Shown piece after piece: positions 53,407 through 61,742 of a stretch of 64,000 nucleotides of DNA (its first letter is position 1; every line of letters starts with the position of its first letter). The stretch covers positions 160,001-224,000 of the forward strand of contig OZ243913.1 of NCBI GenBank assembly GCA_965213705.1. The letters run 5' to 3'. Origin of the DNA: Trueperaceae bacterium (GTDB lineage Bacteria; Deinococcota; Deinococci; Deinococcales; Trueperaceae). Under the pieces are notes generated by a model, which did no database searches, was not told where the DNA came from, and was given only the letters and a program-made list of their open reading frames with translations. The position numbers and the translations under genes were made by a program.

Positions 53407-54351
53407 TCAGCCTCCAAGCTTTTTCACAAAGTCGATGTTGGCGGGCTGCTTTACGAAGCCGAGCCGTTCGTTGATAGCCAGCATGGATACGTTGTTCGAC
53501 TCGTTCCAGGTGTTGATTTCGGGCGCGCCGAAAGTTTTGGCGAACGCAACGCCTTTGAGCTTCAGCGCCAGCGCGACGCCCTTGCGCCGGTACGCCCGAA
53601 GGACGCCCGTCAAACCCGTGTGCAGGTGAGCGTCGGCCTTGGACACGAACAGTTCGCTCAGGCCCACGTACTCGTTCCCCGCAACCGCGACGAGGTAACC
53701 CTCCGGCACGAAGCGCTCGTCCTCCCAATGAAACGAAGCAAAGCGTTCGAAAGTGGGTCTGGTGTACTCGCCCGTCATCGGCACGTCCTGGTCGAGGGTG
53801 GTGTGGAGACTGTAGATTTTGCGGTCGCGGCCTGGGTCGTGGGCGAGGTCGGCGTAGGTTTTCACCTCGACGCCCTTTGCTTTCAGTGCGTCCTCGAGCC
53901 CCTCGAACGGTGCCACGTCAAAGGCCGCGACGTCCAAGCGCGACTCGAACGAACGCGCTTCTTCTTCGAAACCTCGAGCCTGTAAAAAGTGATTCTTGCG
54001 CGCCCAGTCCTCGCGCGAAAAGTCCCGCAGTTCGGTGGGTCTGTAGGACGCTACCTCACTCAGTAGACGCTCGAAAAGCGCCCTGCCGTGGCCTCTCCCC
54101 TGCTGCTCGGGCGGTACGACCGCACCCAGCCAGAACTTTTGCGGGTGAAAGCTGTCTTCGCTGTGCTGAAACGAGCCGTAGCCGACAGGGTTGCCGTTTT
54201 GCTCGAGCAGCCAGCGCTTCAAAACGAGGTGTTCGGGCCGCTTGGCGTCGTTGCGGCGCAGTTCGTCGGCGGTCGTCTTGTAGGGGTAGGCCGCGTTCCA
54301 GATGTGGGCGACGGTTTCGAAATCGTCTTCGGTAAAGGGTCGGATGTTCAT
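53407..54351 (-). CDS. GNAT N-acetyltransferase (tandem domain)
   Basis: VPPEQQGRGHG; TGVLRAYRRKGVALALK…NVSMLAINERLGF. Confidence 0.9.
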   Translation of the reverse strand: MNIRPFTEDDFETVAHIWNAAYPYKTTADELRRNDAKRPEHLVLKRWLLEQNGNPVGYGSFQHSEDSFHPQKFWLGAVVPPEQQGRGHGRALFERLLSEVASYRPTELRDFSREDWARKNHFLQARGFEEEARSFESRLDVAAFDVAPFEGLEDALKAKGVEVKTYADLAHDPGRDRKIYSLHTTLDQDVPMTGEYTRPTFERFASFHWEDERFVPEGYLVAVAGNEYVGLSELFVSKADAHLHTGLTGVLRAYRRKGVALALKLKGVAFAKTFGAPEINTWNESNNVSMLAINERLGFVKQPANIDFVKKLGG

Positions 54352-55235
54352 GGTTTCATTTCCTCAAGCTTTGAAACGGGTTTCTCGAACCAACTCTTCG
54401 ACCATTCGGTTTGAAACCCTACGGACGCGAACGTTTGAAGCGCGGCGTGGTTGGTACTCATCGTCGTCAGCGCCGCTCGGGTGACACCACGTTCTGCCAG
54501 GGCGGCAAAGGCGGTTTGGAGGAGGGCTCGAGCCAAGCCCGAACGCTGGTACTCGGGATGGGTGCAAACGGGGTCGGTGAAACCGAGGCCGTCCTCTATC
54601 ACGGTGATGCAACTTGCCGCCAATCTGCCATCCGGCGCGACCACCACGAGGTCAAAGGCCGGGTCATAGTCGGGGCGTTGCACGATGGCGCGGCGCTCTT
54701 GAAGCGTGAAAAAGTCCGTCCCGAAGGCGGCTCGGTGGAGGGCCACAGCCGCTTCGGTTTCGTCACCGTCAAGGGGGCGAATGTTGAAACCTTCCGGCAA
54801 GCTCGGCTTCTCGAGCTGAGTCAAGTTCCGCGTCAGCCGCAACGTCTTCTCCTCTTGTTCGACAAAACCGTGACGCTTTAGCAAGCCAACGCGTGCCGCG
54901 CTGTCGCTGGGACAGGCCGTGTCTAGGGTTAATGCTTTGTCAGACTCGAGACGCGCTTCGCCCCAGGCAAAAATGTCGGCTGCAAGCGCGTCCTCGTCAC
55001 CCGCTATATCGAAGTAGATGTTCCGGTAGCGCGTGTCCACGAGCGCGTAGGCACGGAGCCGCCCGTCTGCGCTCCGCCACAGGGCGGTGTTGCGGCGAAT
55101 GTCGGTTTGTGAGAGCAGTTCGCCCAAGTCGGCGGCGCTCGGATGGTCGTGAAGATATTTTTGGGGCCTCACCTCGGCCAGAAGTGCCTGCATTTTCTGC
55201 AAATCACGCTCATCTGCGTAGGGTTGTGAATTCAC
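54348..55235 (-). CDS. GNAT N-acetyltransferase
   Basis: DPVCTHPEYQRSGLA, NHAALQTFASVGF. Confidence 0.88.
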   Translation of the reverse strand: MNSQPYADERDLQKMQALLAEVRPQKYLHDHPSAADLGELLSQTDIRRNTALWRSADGRLRAYALVDTRYRNIYFDIAGDEDALAADIFAWGEARLESDKALTLDTACPSDSAARVGLLKRHGFVEQEEKTLRLTRNLTQLEKPSLPEGFNIRPLDGDETEAAVALHRAAFGTDFFTLQERRAIVQRPDYDPAFDLVVVAPDGRLAASCITVIEDGLGFTDPVCTHPEYQRSGLARALLQTAFAALAERGVTRAALTTMSTNHAALQTFASVGFQTEWSKSWFEKPVSKLEEMKP

Positions 55236-56188
55236 GGCGTTTCTCCAAAATCTTTTTTCAGGTACAGCCAGGCGGGTTGTTTGACAAAGCCCATCCGTTC
55301 GTTGATGGCGAGCATCGGGCGGTTGGTCGAGTGGTTTTGGGTATCGACGGTGGCGACGCCGTGCGCTCGAGCGTATTCAGCGGCTTTGAGCTTGAGAGCT
55401 TGGGCAACGCCCTTGCGCCGCCACCCGCGACGCACCCCGGTCAGGCCGGTGTGCAGCGTGTCCGCGGCTTCGGCCCCGCGCAACTCGCTCACGCCGATGA
55501 GTTCGTCGCCGTCGAAGGCGAGGAAGTAGCTTGCAGGGTTGAAGGTCGGGTTGCCCCACCAGCGTTCGCGCCACAGCTCGAACGGCCAAATCTCGAGCGG
55601 CTCCGCAAAGGGCACGTCGCCCAGCAGTTCGACGACGACGCTGTAAAGAAGCCGCTGCGTGGCCTCATCGTCCGGCAACTCGGCAAGAGTCTTGAAGGTG
55701 ATGCCCGCGGCCTCCGCCTTTGTGGTCGCCCAGGCAAACCGCTCCGGCTCGAGCGTGTCGAGGGCCAGCGCCGACGTCCAACGCCGCTCGTATTCCTCGA
55801 AACCGCGCTTTTTGTAAAAGTCGGGCCAGTGCGACCAGTCTTCGCGCACCTGCACGCGCAAACTTACCGGGGCGTAAGGCTCGAGCGCCCCCACAAGATG
55901 CTCGTAAAGCGCCTCGGCGAGTTCGAAGTGTTCGGGCTCGAGCAGCAGGTCGAACACAAAAGCGTTCCGGCTGAGGACGTTCATGTCCCGCACGTAAGAC
56001 ACCGCGGCGACAAGACGGTCCCCACGCTCGAGCAAAAAACGCCCGTGATACTCGTCTTCGCCCCGCCTGGCCTCGAAGTGCCGCAACTCGTCAACGCTGC
56101 GCGGGCTCTCTGGGCGCAGGCGGTTGCAAAAGGCGACGAAGCGTTCGTAGTCGGCGTCGGTAAACTCTCTGAGGTCGGTTGCGTCCAT
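55232..56188 (-). CDS. GNAT N-acetyltransferase (tandem domain)
   Basis: TGVRRGWRRKGVAQALK…NRPMLAINERMGF. Confidence 0.9.
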   Translation of the reverse strand: MDATDLREFTDADYERFVAFCNRLRPESPRSVDELRHFEARRGEDEYHGRFLLERGDRLVAAVSYVRDMNVLSRNAFVFDLLLEPEHFELAEALYEHLVGALEPYAPVSLRVQVREDWSHWPDFYKKRGFEEYERRWTSALALDTLEPERFAWATTKAEAAGITFKTLAELPDDEATQRLLYSVVVELLGDVPFAEPLEIWPFELWRERWWGNPTFNPASYFLAFDGDELIGVSELRGAEAADTLHTGLTGVRRGWRRKGVAQALKLKAAEYARAHGVATVDTQNHSTNRPMLAINERMGFVKQPAWLYLKKDFGETP

Positions 56189-56298
56189 CAGTCACTCTTT
56201 CTGTAGGGGGTTCAAGACTGAGCCTCGAAGGAGCGAGGGCGACAGCACGCCGCTCGACAAAACTCGTAAATCTAAACGTATGGGGTTGTAAGTAGGGT

Positions 56299-56382
56299 TT
56301 AGCGCGTGGTCGGGTTCGAAAAATCCGTTTTTACAAGGACGCACCAGCCTACGCGGGAGGAAATCAAAGACATCTGAGACAT
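56299..56382 (-). CDS. 27-aa uORF/small peptide MSQMSLISSRVGWCVLVKTDFSNPTTR
   Basis: AAAGGAGG-AAAA-ATG; below the ORF-track cutoff. Confidence 0.55.
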   Translation of the reverse strand: MSQMSLISSRVGWCVLVKTDFSNPTTR

Positions 56383-56460
56383 TTTTCCTCCTTTCTCGCC
56401 CCGTGACAGGGCGGACGCGAACCCCGGCGGGGCTCGAGCGCGTAATGCAATGGGTGAACC

Positions 56461-56484
56461 TTAACGGCGTCGAACGTAAATCAT
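56461..56484 (-). CDS. 7-aa candidate leader peptide MIYVRRR
   Basis: ATG ATT TAC GTT CGA CGC CGT TAA, 10 nt after TACACT (56495-56500). Confidence 0.4.
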   Translation of the reverse strand: MIYVRRR

Positions 56485-56545
56485 GCTGCCGAGAAGTGTA
56501 GCACGTCCTGCAATTCAGGTCTAGCCCGGAACTAGAGGCTGGAGC

Positions 56546-58717
56546 TTAAGTCGTGTAGCCCAACCGTTCTTCATAGCGGGCGCGGCTCAGCAGCCACCAC
56601 TCGCCCCCGGCGGGTTCGAAACCCGCCCCGGTCAGGTCGTCCACAGTTTGGACTTGCAGCGTTTTTACGCCCAGATGTTCAAAAGCGATGCGGGCGAGCG
56701 CGCCGAGTGCAGCGATACGCGCCCAGCTCAAGGAGCACGCGTCCTCGGCTTCCAAAACCGTTACGTGGCCGACCGCCGCGCCTGGCGGCAACAACAGCCG
56801 CAAACCGAACGAAGCGCCGGTCGCAAAGTCGGCGCGACCGTTTTCGAGGCCGTTCGTCGTCACGACGACGCCGCGCGAGGCGGCGCGGTAGCGCGGCAAG
56901 GGCGCGGGGAGCGCGGCGTCGTAGCGCTCGGACAGCTCGTGAAACAGCTCTCGCAAACGCCCCCCGAGCCGTTCCCGCTCCCGCTCGCCCAAGCGCGACG
57001 GGTCGAGGAGGCGGGTCTCGAGCAGCGTTCGTTCGTCCTCTAAACTCTCGAGGGTGGCTTCCTCCGCTACGGTCAGCGAGGTTTCCTCTTCAAAATTCAC
57101 TTCGGGCTCGAGCCGCCGCACGCCCTTGAGGTAACCCGCCAAACCGCCCCGGTACTCGACGAGTTTGCCGCCGTCCAGCGACCAGAAGCGCGTCGCCACG
57201 GCTTCGACCAGGCGCTCGTCGTGGCTGACGAGGAGGACGGCGGCGTCGGTGCTCTTTAGGGTGTCCTCGAGGGTTTCCAGCGCCGGGATGTCGAGGTCGT
57301 TGCCGGGCTCGTCGAGGAAGAGCAGGTTCGCCTCTCCGGCGACGAGGAGCGCCAGGCCCAGGCGGGCGCGCTCGCCGCCGGATAAGGTGGCGGGCGGTTT
57401 GTCCCAGGCGGCGGGCGGCAACCCCACGAGCGCGAGCAGTTGGTGCGCCCTGGCGCGGGAGACGTAGCGCTCGAGTTGAGTCAGCGGTGTCGCGTCGTCC
57501 GCCACGCCGCGCGTGACTTGGTCGAACAGCTTTGTCCGGGTCGACCTGCTCAGGTTGAGTTCGGCCCGCGGGTCGTCCGACTCGGTCTCACCTGCCAGCA
57601 GTTTCAGCAACGTCGTTTTCCCGGAGCCGTTCGGCCCGAGCAGCGCGATTTTGTCGCCCGCTTCGACGCGCAGCCCCACGTCGTCGACCAGCACCCGCTC
57701 CCCCAAGACTTTGCTGAGGTGTTTGGCGCTGAGCAACGTGCCGCGGGCCGCCGCGGGGCGCAAGCTCAGGGTCGTTACTTTTTCCGCGGTGGGTGGGGCG
57801 CCGGGCGGGTGCCGCACTTCCGAACCTCGGCGTTCCAAACTTTTGCGCCGCCGGTGCGCCGTGGGTGTGCCCCAGGCGCGCAGTCGCTGCACACTCTCTT
57901 CCAGCCGCGCGGTCTCTTTGGCGCGTTCTTTGCTTTGCCTGACGGCGCTCCGCCGCAGCACACCTTGTTGCGTGTGAAAAACGCTGTAGTTGCCACGGTG
58001 CAGCGTCAGCTCGCCGTTTTTCAGGTACGCGACGTGCGTACACACCACGTCCAGCAGTGCCCGGTCGTGCGAAGCCAGGAGCAGCGCCCCTCCGTAAGCG
58101 CCGAGTCGCCGCTGAAGCGTGCGCCGCCCCAACAGGTCTAAGTGATTCGTCGGCTCGTCCAGCAGCAGCACGTCGGGGCGGGCCGCCAGGGCCGTCGCCA
58201 AACCCAAGCGGGCCCGCTCGCCGCCGGACAGACTTGTCACGCTGCGCCCGAACTGGTCTTGGGTAAACCCGAACTCGAGCAGCGTCTTGTCCAGTTCCGC
58301 CTCGGCTTCGTAGCCGCCTGCCGCTTCGAACAGGGCGGTAAGGTGCGCGTAGCGTTCCAGGTCGCCACCCGCCGCCAAACGCATTTCTTCGCGGCGCAGT
58401 TCGCGCTCTAAGCTGTGGACGTGCTCCAAAGCCGCGGCCGCCACTTCAAAAAGCAGACCCGTCATCTTACCGCCGGCTTGAGCGAGATAGGCCAGCCGCA
58501 CGCCCGGACTCCGCACCACCCGGCCCTCGCTCGGCGCAAGCTCGCCCGCCAGGATGCGCAGCAGCGTCGTCTTGCCCGCCCCGTTGGCCCCCAACAAACC
58601 GACGCGCTCACCGCTCCGCAGCGTCACGGAAATGTCGCGCAGTAAGTCGCGCCCGCGCAGCGCAAAACTCAAACGTTCGGTGCGTAGTTGCTCCACGCCC
58701 CCCAGGCTATGCAACAC
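56546..58717 (-). CDS. ABC-F family ATPase with C-terminal extension
   Basis: Two NBDs (GANGAGKT/LSGGE/LLDEPTNHLD; GPNGSGKT/LSGGE/LDEPGNDLD), inter-NBD linker, no TM; start possibly GTG 58696. Confidence 0.9.
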   Translation of the reverse strand: MLHSLGGVEQLRTERLSFALRGRDLLRDISVTLRSGERVGLLGANGAGKTTLLRILAGELAPSEGRVVRSPGVRLAYLAQAGGKMTGLLFEVAAAALEHVHSLERELRREEMRLAAGGDLERYAHLTALFEAAGGYEAEAELDKTLLEFGFTQDQFGRSVTSLSGGERARLGLATALAARPDVLLLDEPTNHLDLLGRRTLQRRLGAYGGALLLASHDRALLDVVCTHVAYLKNGELTLHRGNYSVFHTQQGVLRRSAVRQSKERAKETARLEESVQRLRAWGTPTAHRRRKSLERRGSEVRHPPGAPPTAEKVTTLSLRPAAARGTLLSAKHLSKVLGERVLVDDVGLRVEAGDKIALLGPNGSGKTTLLKLLAGETESDDPRAELNLSRSTRTKLFDQVTRGVADDATPLTQLERYVSRARAHQLLALVGLPPAAWDKPPATLSGGERARLGLALLVAGEANLLFLDEPGNDLDIPALETLEDTLKSTDAAVLLVSHDERLVEAVATRFWSLDGGKLVEYRGGLAGYLKGVRRLEPEVNFEEETSLTVAEEATLESLEDERTLLETRLLDPSRLGERERERLGGRLRELFHELSERYDAALPAPLPRYRAASRGVVVTTNGLENGRADFATGASFGLRLLLPPGAAVGHVTVLEAEDACSLSWARIAALGALARIAFEHLGVKTLQVQTVDDLTGAGFEPAGGEWWLLSRARYEERLGYTT

Positions 58718-58971
58718 AAGCTCGCTCAGCCGTAGTCCAGGACGAGAAAGCGTTTTTGGGTCGTCTCCACCGCTCGAGACCTTCTCTCTGTGGTCTACGT
58801 TGGTGAGACCGACTTGGGTGAGACCGACTTGGGCATCCCGCAGCCCGCCTTGTGCGCCGTGACCGTCTGCAAGGCGCCATCACGACCTTGTGACTCGAGG
58901 GAACGGCGCAGGTGCAACCGTTAAAGCCCACATCTTGAGCCCACCGGACCCCGACCGGGTAAGCTGTTGAC

Positions 58972-59685
58972 ATGAAAAAGTACCTGTTGCTCGGTTTGTT
59001 TTTGTTCGGGATAGCGAGTTGGGGGTTCGTCGGCGCGCAAGACGTCGGTTTGAACACCGGCATCAGCGTGACGGGCAGCGGCACCGTCTACGGCGAGCCG
59101 GACTTGGCGGTGCTCGAGCTGGGCGTCGACGTTACCGATGAAAACGTAAGCGCTGCCAGCGCCGCGGCCGACCGCACCATGCGCGCCGTCGTCGCCGCCC
59201 TCATCGCGGCCGGCGTCGACGAGAAGGACGTCCGCACCGCCTACTACAACGTCTGGCGCGAGGAGCGCTACACCGATAACAACACACCCACCGCGCCGCT
59301 CTACCGCGTGTCGAACACCTTACAAGTCACCGTGCGGGACGTTTCAAAAGTAGGCGAAGTCCTCGCCGCCAGCTTGGACGCCGGGGCCAACGCGGTCAAC
59401 AACGTCCAATACACCTTTGCCGACCCGAATACTTTGGCTGAGCAAGCCAGAGCCCTCGCCATGCAGGACGCGGCTGCCAAAGCGCAGCAACTCGCCAGCT
59501 TGGCCGGGGTCAGCCTCGGGCCGGTCGTGATGGTCAGCGACATGTCGGGGGGTGGCGGTCCGGTCATGCCGGTAGCAGCCGGGGCGAGCTACGACCTCGC
59601 CGCCCCCGTACCGGTGTCCGGCGGGCAGCTGTCGGTGAGCGCTTCGGTGGCGGTGCGCTACGGCGTCGGGGTTACTCAACCCTGA
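58972..59685 (+). CDS. SIMPL (DUF541) domain exported protein
   Basis: ISVTGSGTV…PDLA, ARALAMQDAAAKAQQLA. Confidence 0.88.
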   Translation: MKKYLLLGLFLFGIASWGFVGAQDVGLNTGISVTGSGTVYGEPDLAVLELGVDVTDENVSAASAAADRTMRAVVAALIAAGVDEKDVRTAYYNVWREERYTDNNTPTAPLYRVSNTLQVTVRDVSKVGEVLAASLDAGANAVNNVQYTFADPNTLAEQARALAMQDAAAKAQQLASLAGVSLGPVVMVSDMSGGGGPVMPVAAGASYDLAAPVPVSGGQLSVSASVAVRYGVGVTQP

Positions 59686-59866
59686 GATGTTGCTCTAAGT
59701 TTTTCACGCACTTCGCTGTTTCACCGTGCCGCGTCATAAATACCGAAATAATGGGTTCCTAAACCAAGCGGAAAAGAGTCACACAGAACGGACGAAAACG
59801 CCTGCGAAAGCCGCCCTAGTGACCTACCCAGCACTCCGCAGGGCCGGCGGCGGCTATCCTAGCAAC

Positions 59867-60709
59867 ATGTTACTCGCCTTCGACCTCGACAAAACCATCG
59901 TCCGCAACGACTACGAACTCCCCGCCGAAATCGTCGACGCCGTCCACAAGGTGCGCGACGCCGGCCACCTCGTCACGGTGCTGACCGGGCGGCCCAAGGC
60001 GGCCTCGACAGCTTACTTGGAGTTGTTAAAAGTCAGCGACTATTTCAGCACCAACCACGGCGCGCTCATCACCGGCAAGGCGGGCGCGGTGTTGCAGCAA
60101 AAACGTATCGGCGAAACGTACGTGGCCGGCCTGCTCAAGCCCTACCACGACCACCCGGACATCGAATTTTCCTGCATCGTCGACGACGTGCTGTACGTCA
60201 AAAACCCCGACGACGAACGTTGGGCTTGGGCGCACACCCAAAACCGCGGCGTCGAAAAGTTCGACCCCCAAGTCCTGCGGCACGCCGACAAAATCGTCTT
60301 CAGCTCGCGAGGCTCGACCGACGCGGTCCACCAACACGTGAGCGAGGCTTACCCCGACTTCGTCATGTACCCCTGGGAAGAAGGTTACCTGGAAGTGACC
60401 GGGCCAAACGCCGACAAGGGAACCGCGCTGCAACTCATCGCTCGAGAACTCGGGGTGGCGCAAAAAGACGTTATCGCCTTTGGCGACGGCCCCAACGACG
60501 TGACGATGTTGCGGTGGGCGGGCTACGGCGTCGCGGTCGGGCCGCACGCGCACAAAGACGTCATTGCCGCCGCCGACGAACACATCGGCTCGCCCGAAGA
60601 CCTCGGCGTGGCGCGGTGGTTGGAAGAGAACATTTTGAACGCGAACAAGTTCGAGCCGGACAGGACTAAGTTGGACGAACTCGCGGCGAACGAGGTCGTT
60701 TCCCACTGA
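59867..60709 (+). CDS. Cof-type HAD hydrolase
   Basis: FDLDKT, LTGR, KG, FGDGPNDVTML. Confidence 0.9.
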   Translation: MLLAFDLDKTIVRNDYELPAEIVDAVHKVRDAGHLVTVLTGRPKAASTAYLELLKVSDYFSTNHGALITGKAGAVLQQKRIGETYVAGLLKPYHDHPDIEFSCIVDDVLYVKNPDDERWAWAHTQNRGVEKFDPQVLRHADKIVFSSRGSTDAVHQHVSEAYPDFVMYPWEEGYLEVTGPNADKGTALQLIARELGVAQKDVIAFGDGPNDVTMLRWAGYGVAVGPHAHKDVIAAADEHIGSPEDLGVARWLEENILNANKFEPDRTKLDELAANEVVSH

Positions 60710-60728
60710 GATTCTCTCAGGTTCAAAC

Positions 60729-61628
60729 TCAAACCGGTTGCCGCAACCGTGCCAACACCGCCGCAAAGTCCGCTGGGTCGGGGCTGTGCGCTTTGATAGT
60801 CCCGACCGTAAGCCTTGCCGCGTGCAACATCTGCCGCGGCACGCTAGGGACGGCCGCCCCGTAAACCTCGTCGCCCAACACCGGGTGTCCCTTGTGCGCG
60901 AACATGGCGCGGATTTGGTGGAGGAAGCCGGTTTCCAGCCCTACTTCGACCAGGGTGGCGTTTGAGAAGGTCTCGAGCGCCGTCCAACCAAGGGTGCAGA
61001 CGCGCGCCGAGGACGTTGCCTCGTCGTCCAGCACCACGCGCACCTTGGCAGGTCGGTGGCGGGCGACGACGAGGGTCATGCTTTCTCGGCCCTTGCCCTC
61101 GAGACATCCTTCAAGAAGTGCTCGGTAAGTCTTTTTTACACGCCGCTCCGTAAAAGCCGCGCGCAGCTCGAGCCACTTCTCTTGACTTGTCGCCAGCAGC
61201 AGCGCGCCCGAGGTGTCGGTGTCGAGGCGGTGAACGACGCCGCTCTTCAAACCACCTTCGCCGACGCCTTGGATTTGCGGGTAGCGGGCGACGACCGCGT
61301 TCAGCAGGGTGCCGCGCTCGAAGGGCGCACGGGGCAGCACCGGCACGCCGGGCGGCTTGTCCACCACGAGGCAATCCTCGCCTCCGAACAGCACCGTGAG
61401 CGGCGCGTCGGCGTCGGGGACGATTTTTTTCAGGGGCGCTAAAGAAGCGACACCGACGGTGGTGGCGGTGTCGAGCGAGCGCCCTTTGTCGCGCGGCGCG
61501 GCCTTTTCGCCGTCGACCGTGACCAGGCCGGCACCTAGCGCCTGCAACGCCTCGCGCCGCGATACCTGCAAAGCTCGAGCCAAAAAGGTGTCGAGCCGCG
61601 TTGGCTCGTCGACCCGGAAAGTCTTCAC
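60729..61628 (-). CDS. RluA-family pseudouridine synthase
   Basis: S4-like N-terminus, VDKPPG, VHRLDTDTSG, HQIR…GHPVLGD; start approximate. Confidence 0.9.
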   Translation of the reverse strand: MKTFRVDEPTRLDTFLARALQVSRREALQALGAGLVTVDGEKAAPRDKGRSLDTATTVGVASLAPLKKIVPDADAPLTVLFGGEDCLVVDKPPGVPVLPRAPFERGTLLNAVVARYPQIQGVGEGGLKSGVVHRLDTDTSGALLLATSQEKWLELRAAFTERRVKKTYRALLEGCLEGKGRESMTLVVARHRPAKVRVVLDDEATSSARVCTLGWTALETFSNATLVEVGLETGFLHQIRAMFAHKGHPVLGDEVYGAAVPSVPRQMLHAARLTVGTIKAHSPDPADFAAVLARLRQPV

Positions 61629-61742
61629 GGCCCAAGTAAAGCACGTCACGCGCCGGTTGAGGGTCGTGGGCCGTTCGGGGTGAAGAAAGCTGACAGTTTT
61701 ACTACTCGAACTCGGTACTTCTTCGACCCCCACGGAGCGCCT

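Noticed and set aside
58707..58880. Arg-rich 57-aa ORF (MAPCRRSRRTRR…) as an ABC-F leader peptide
   Set aside because: No clear RBS; Arg richness is expected in off-frame high-GC DNA; ABC-F has its own TAGCCT-N7-GTG leaderless-type start
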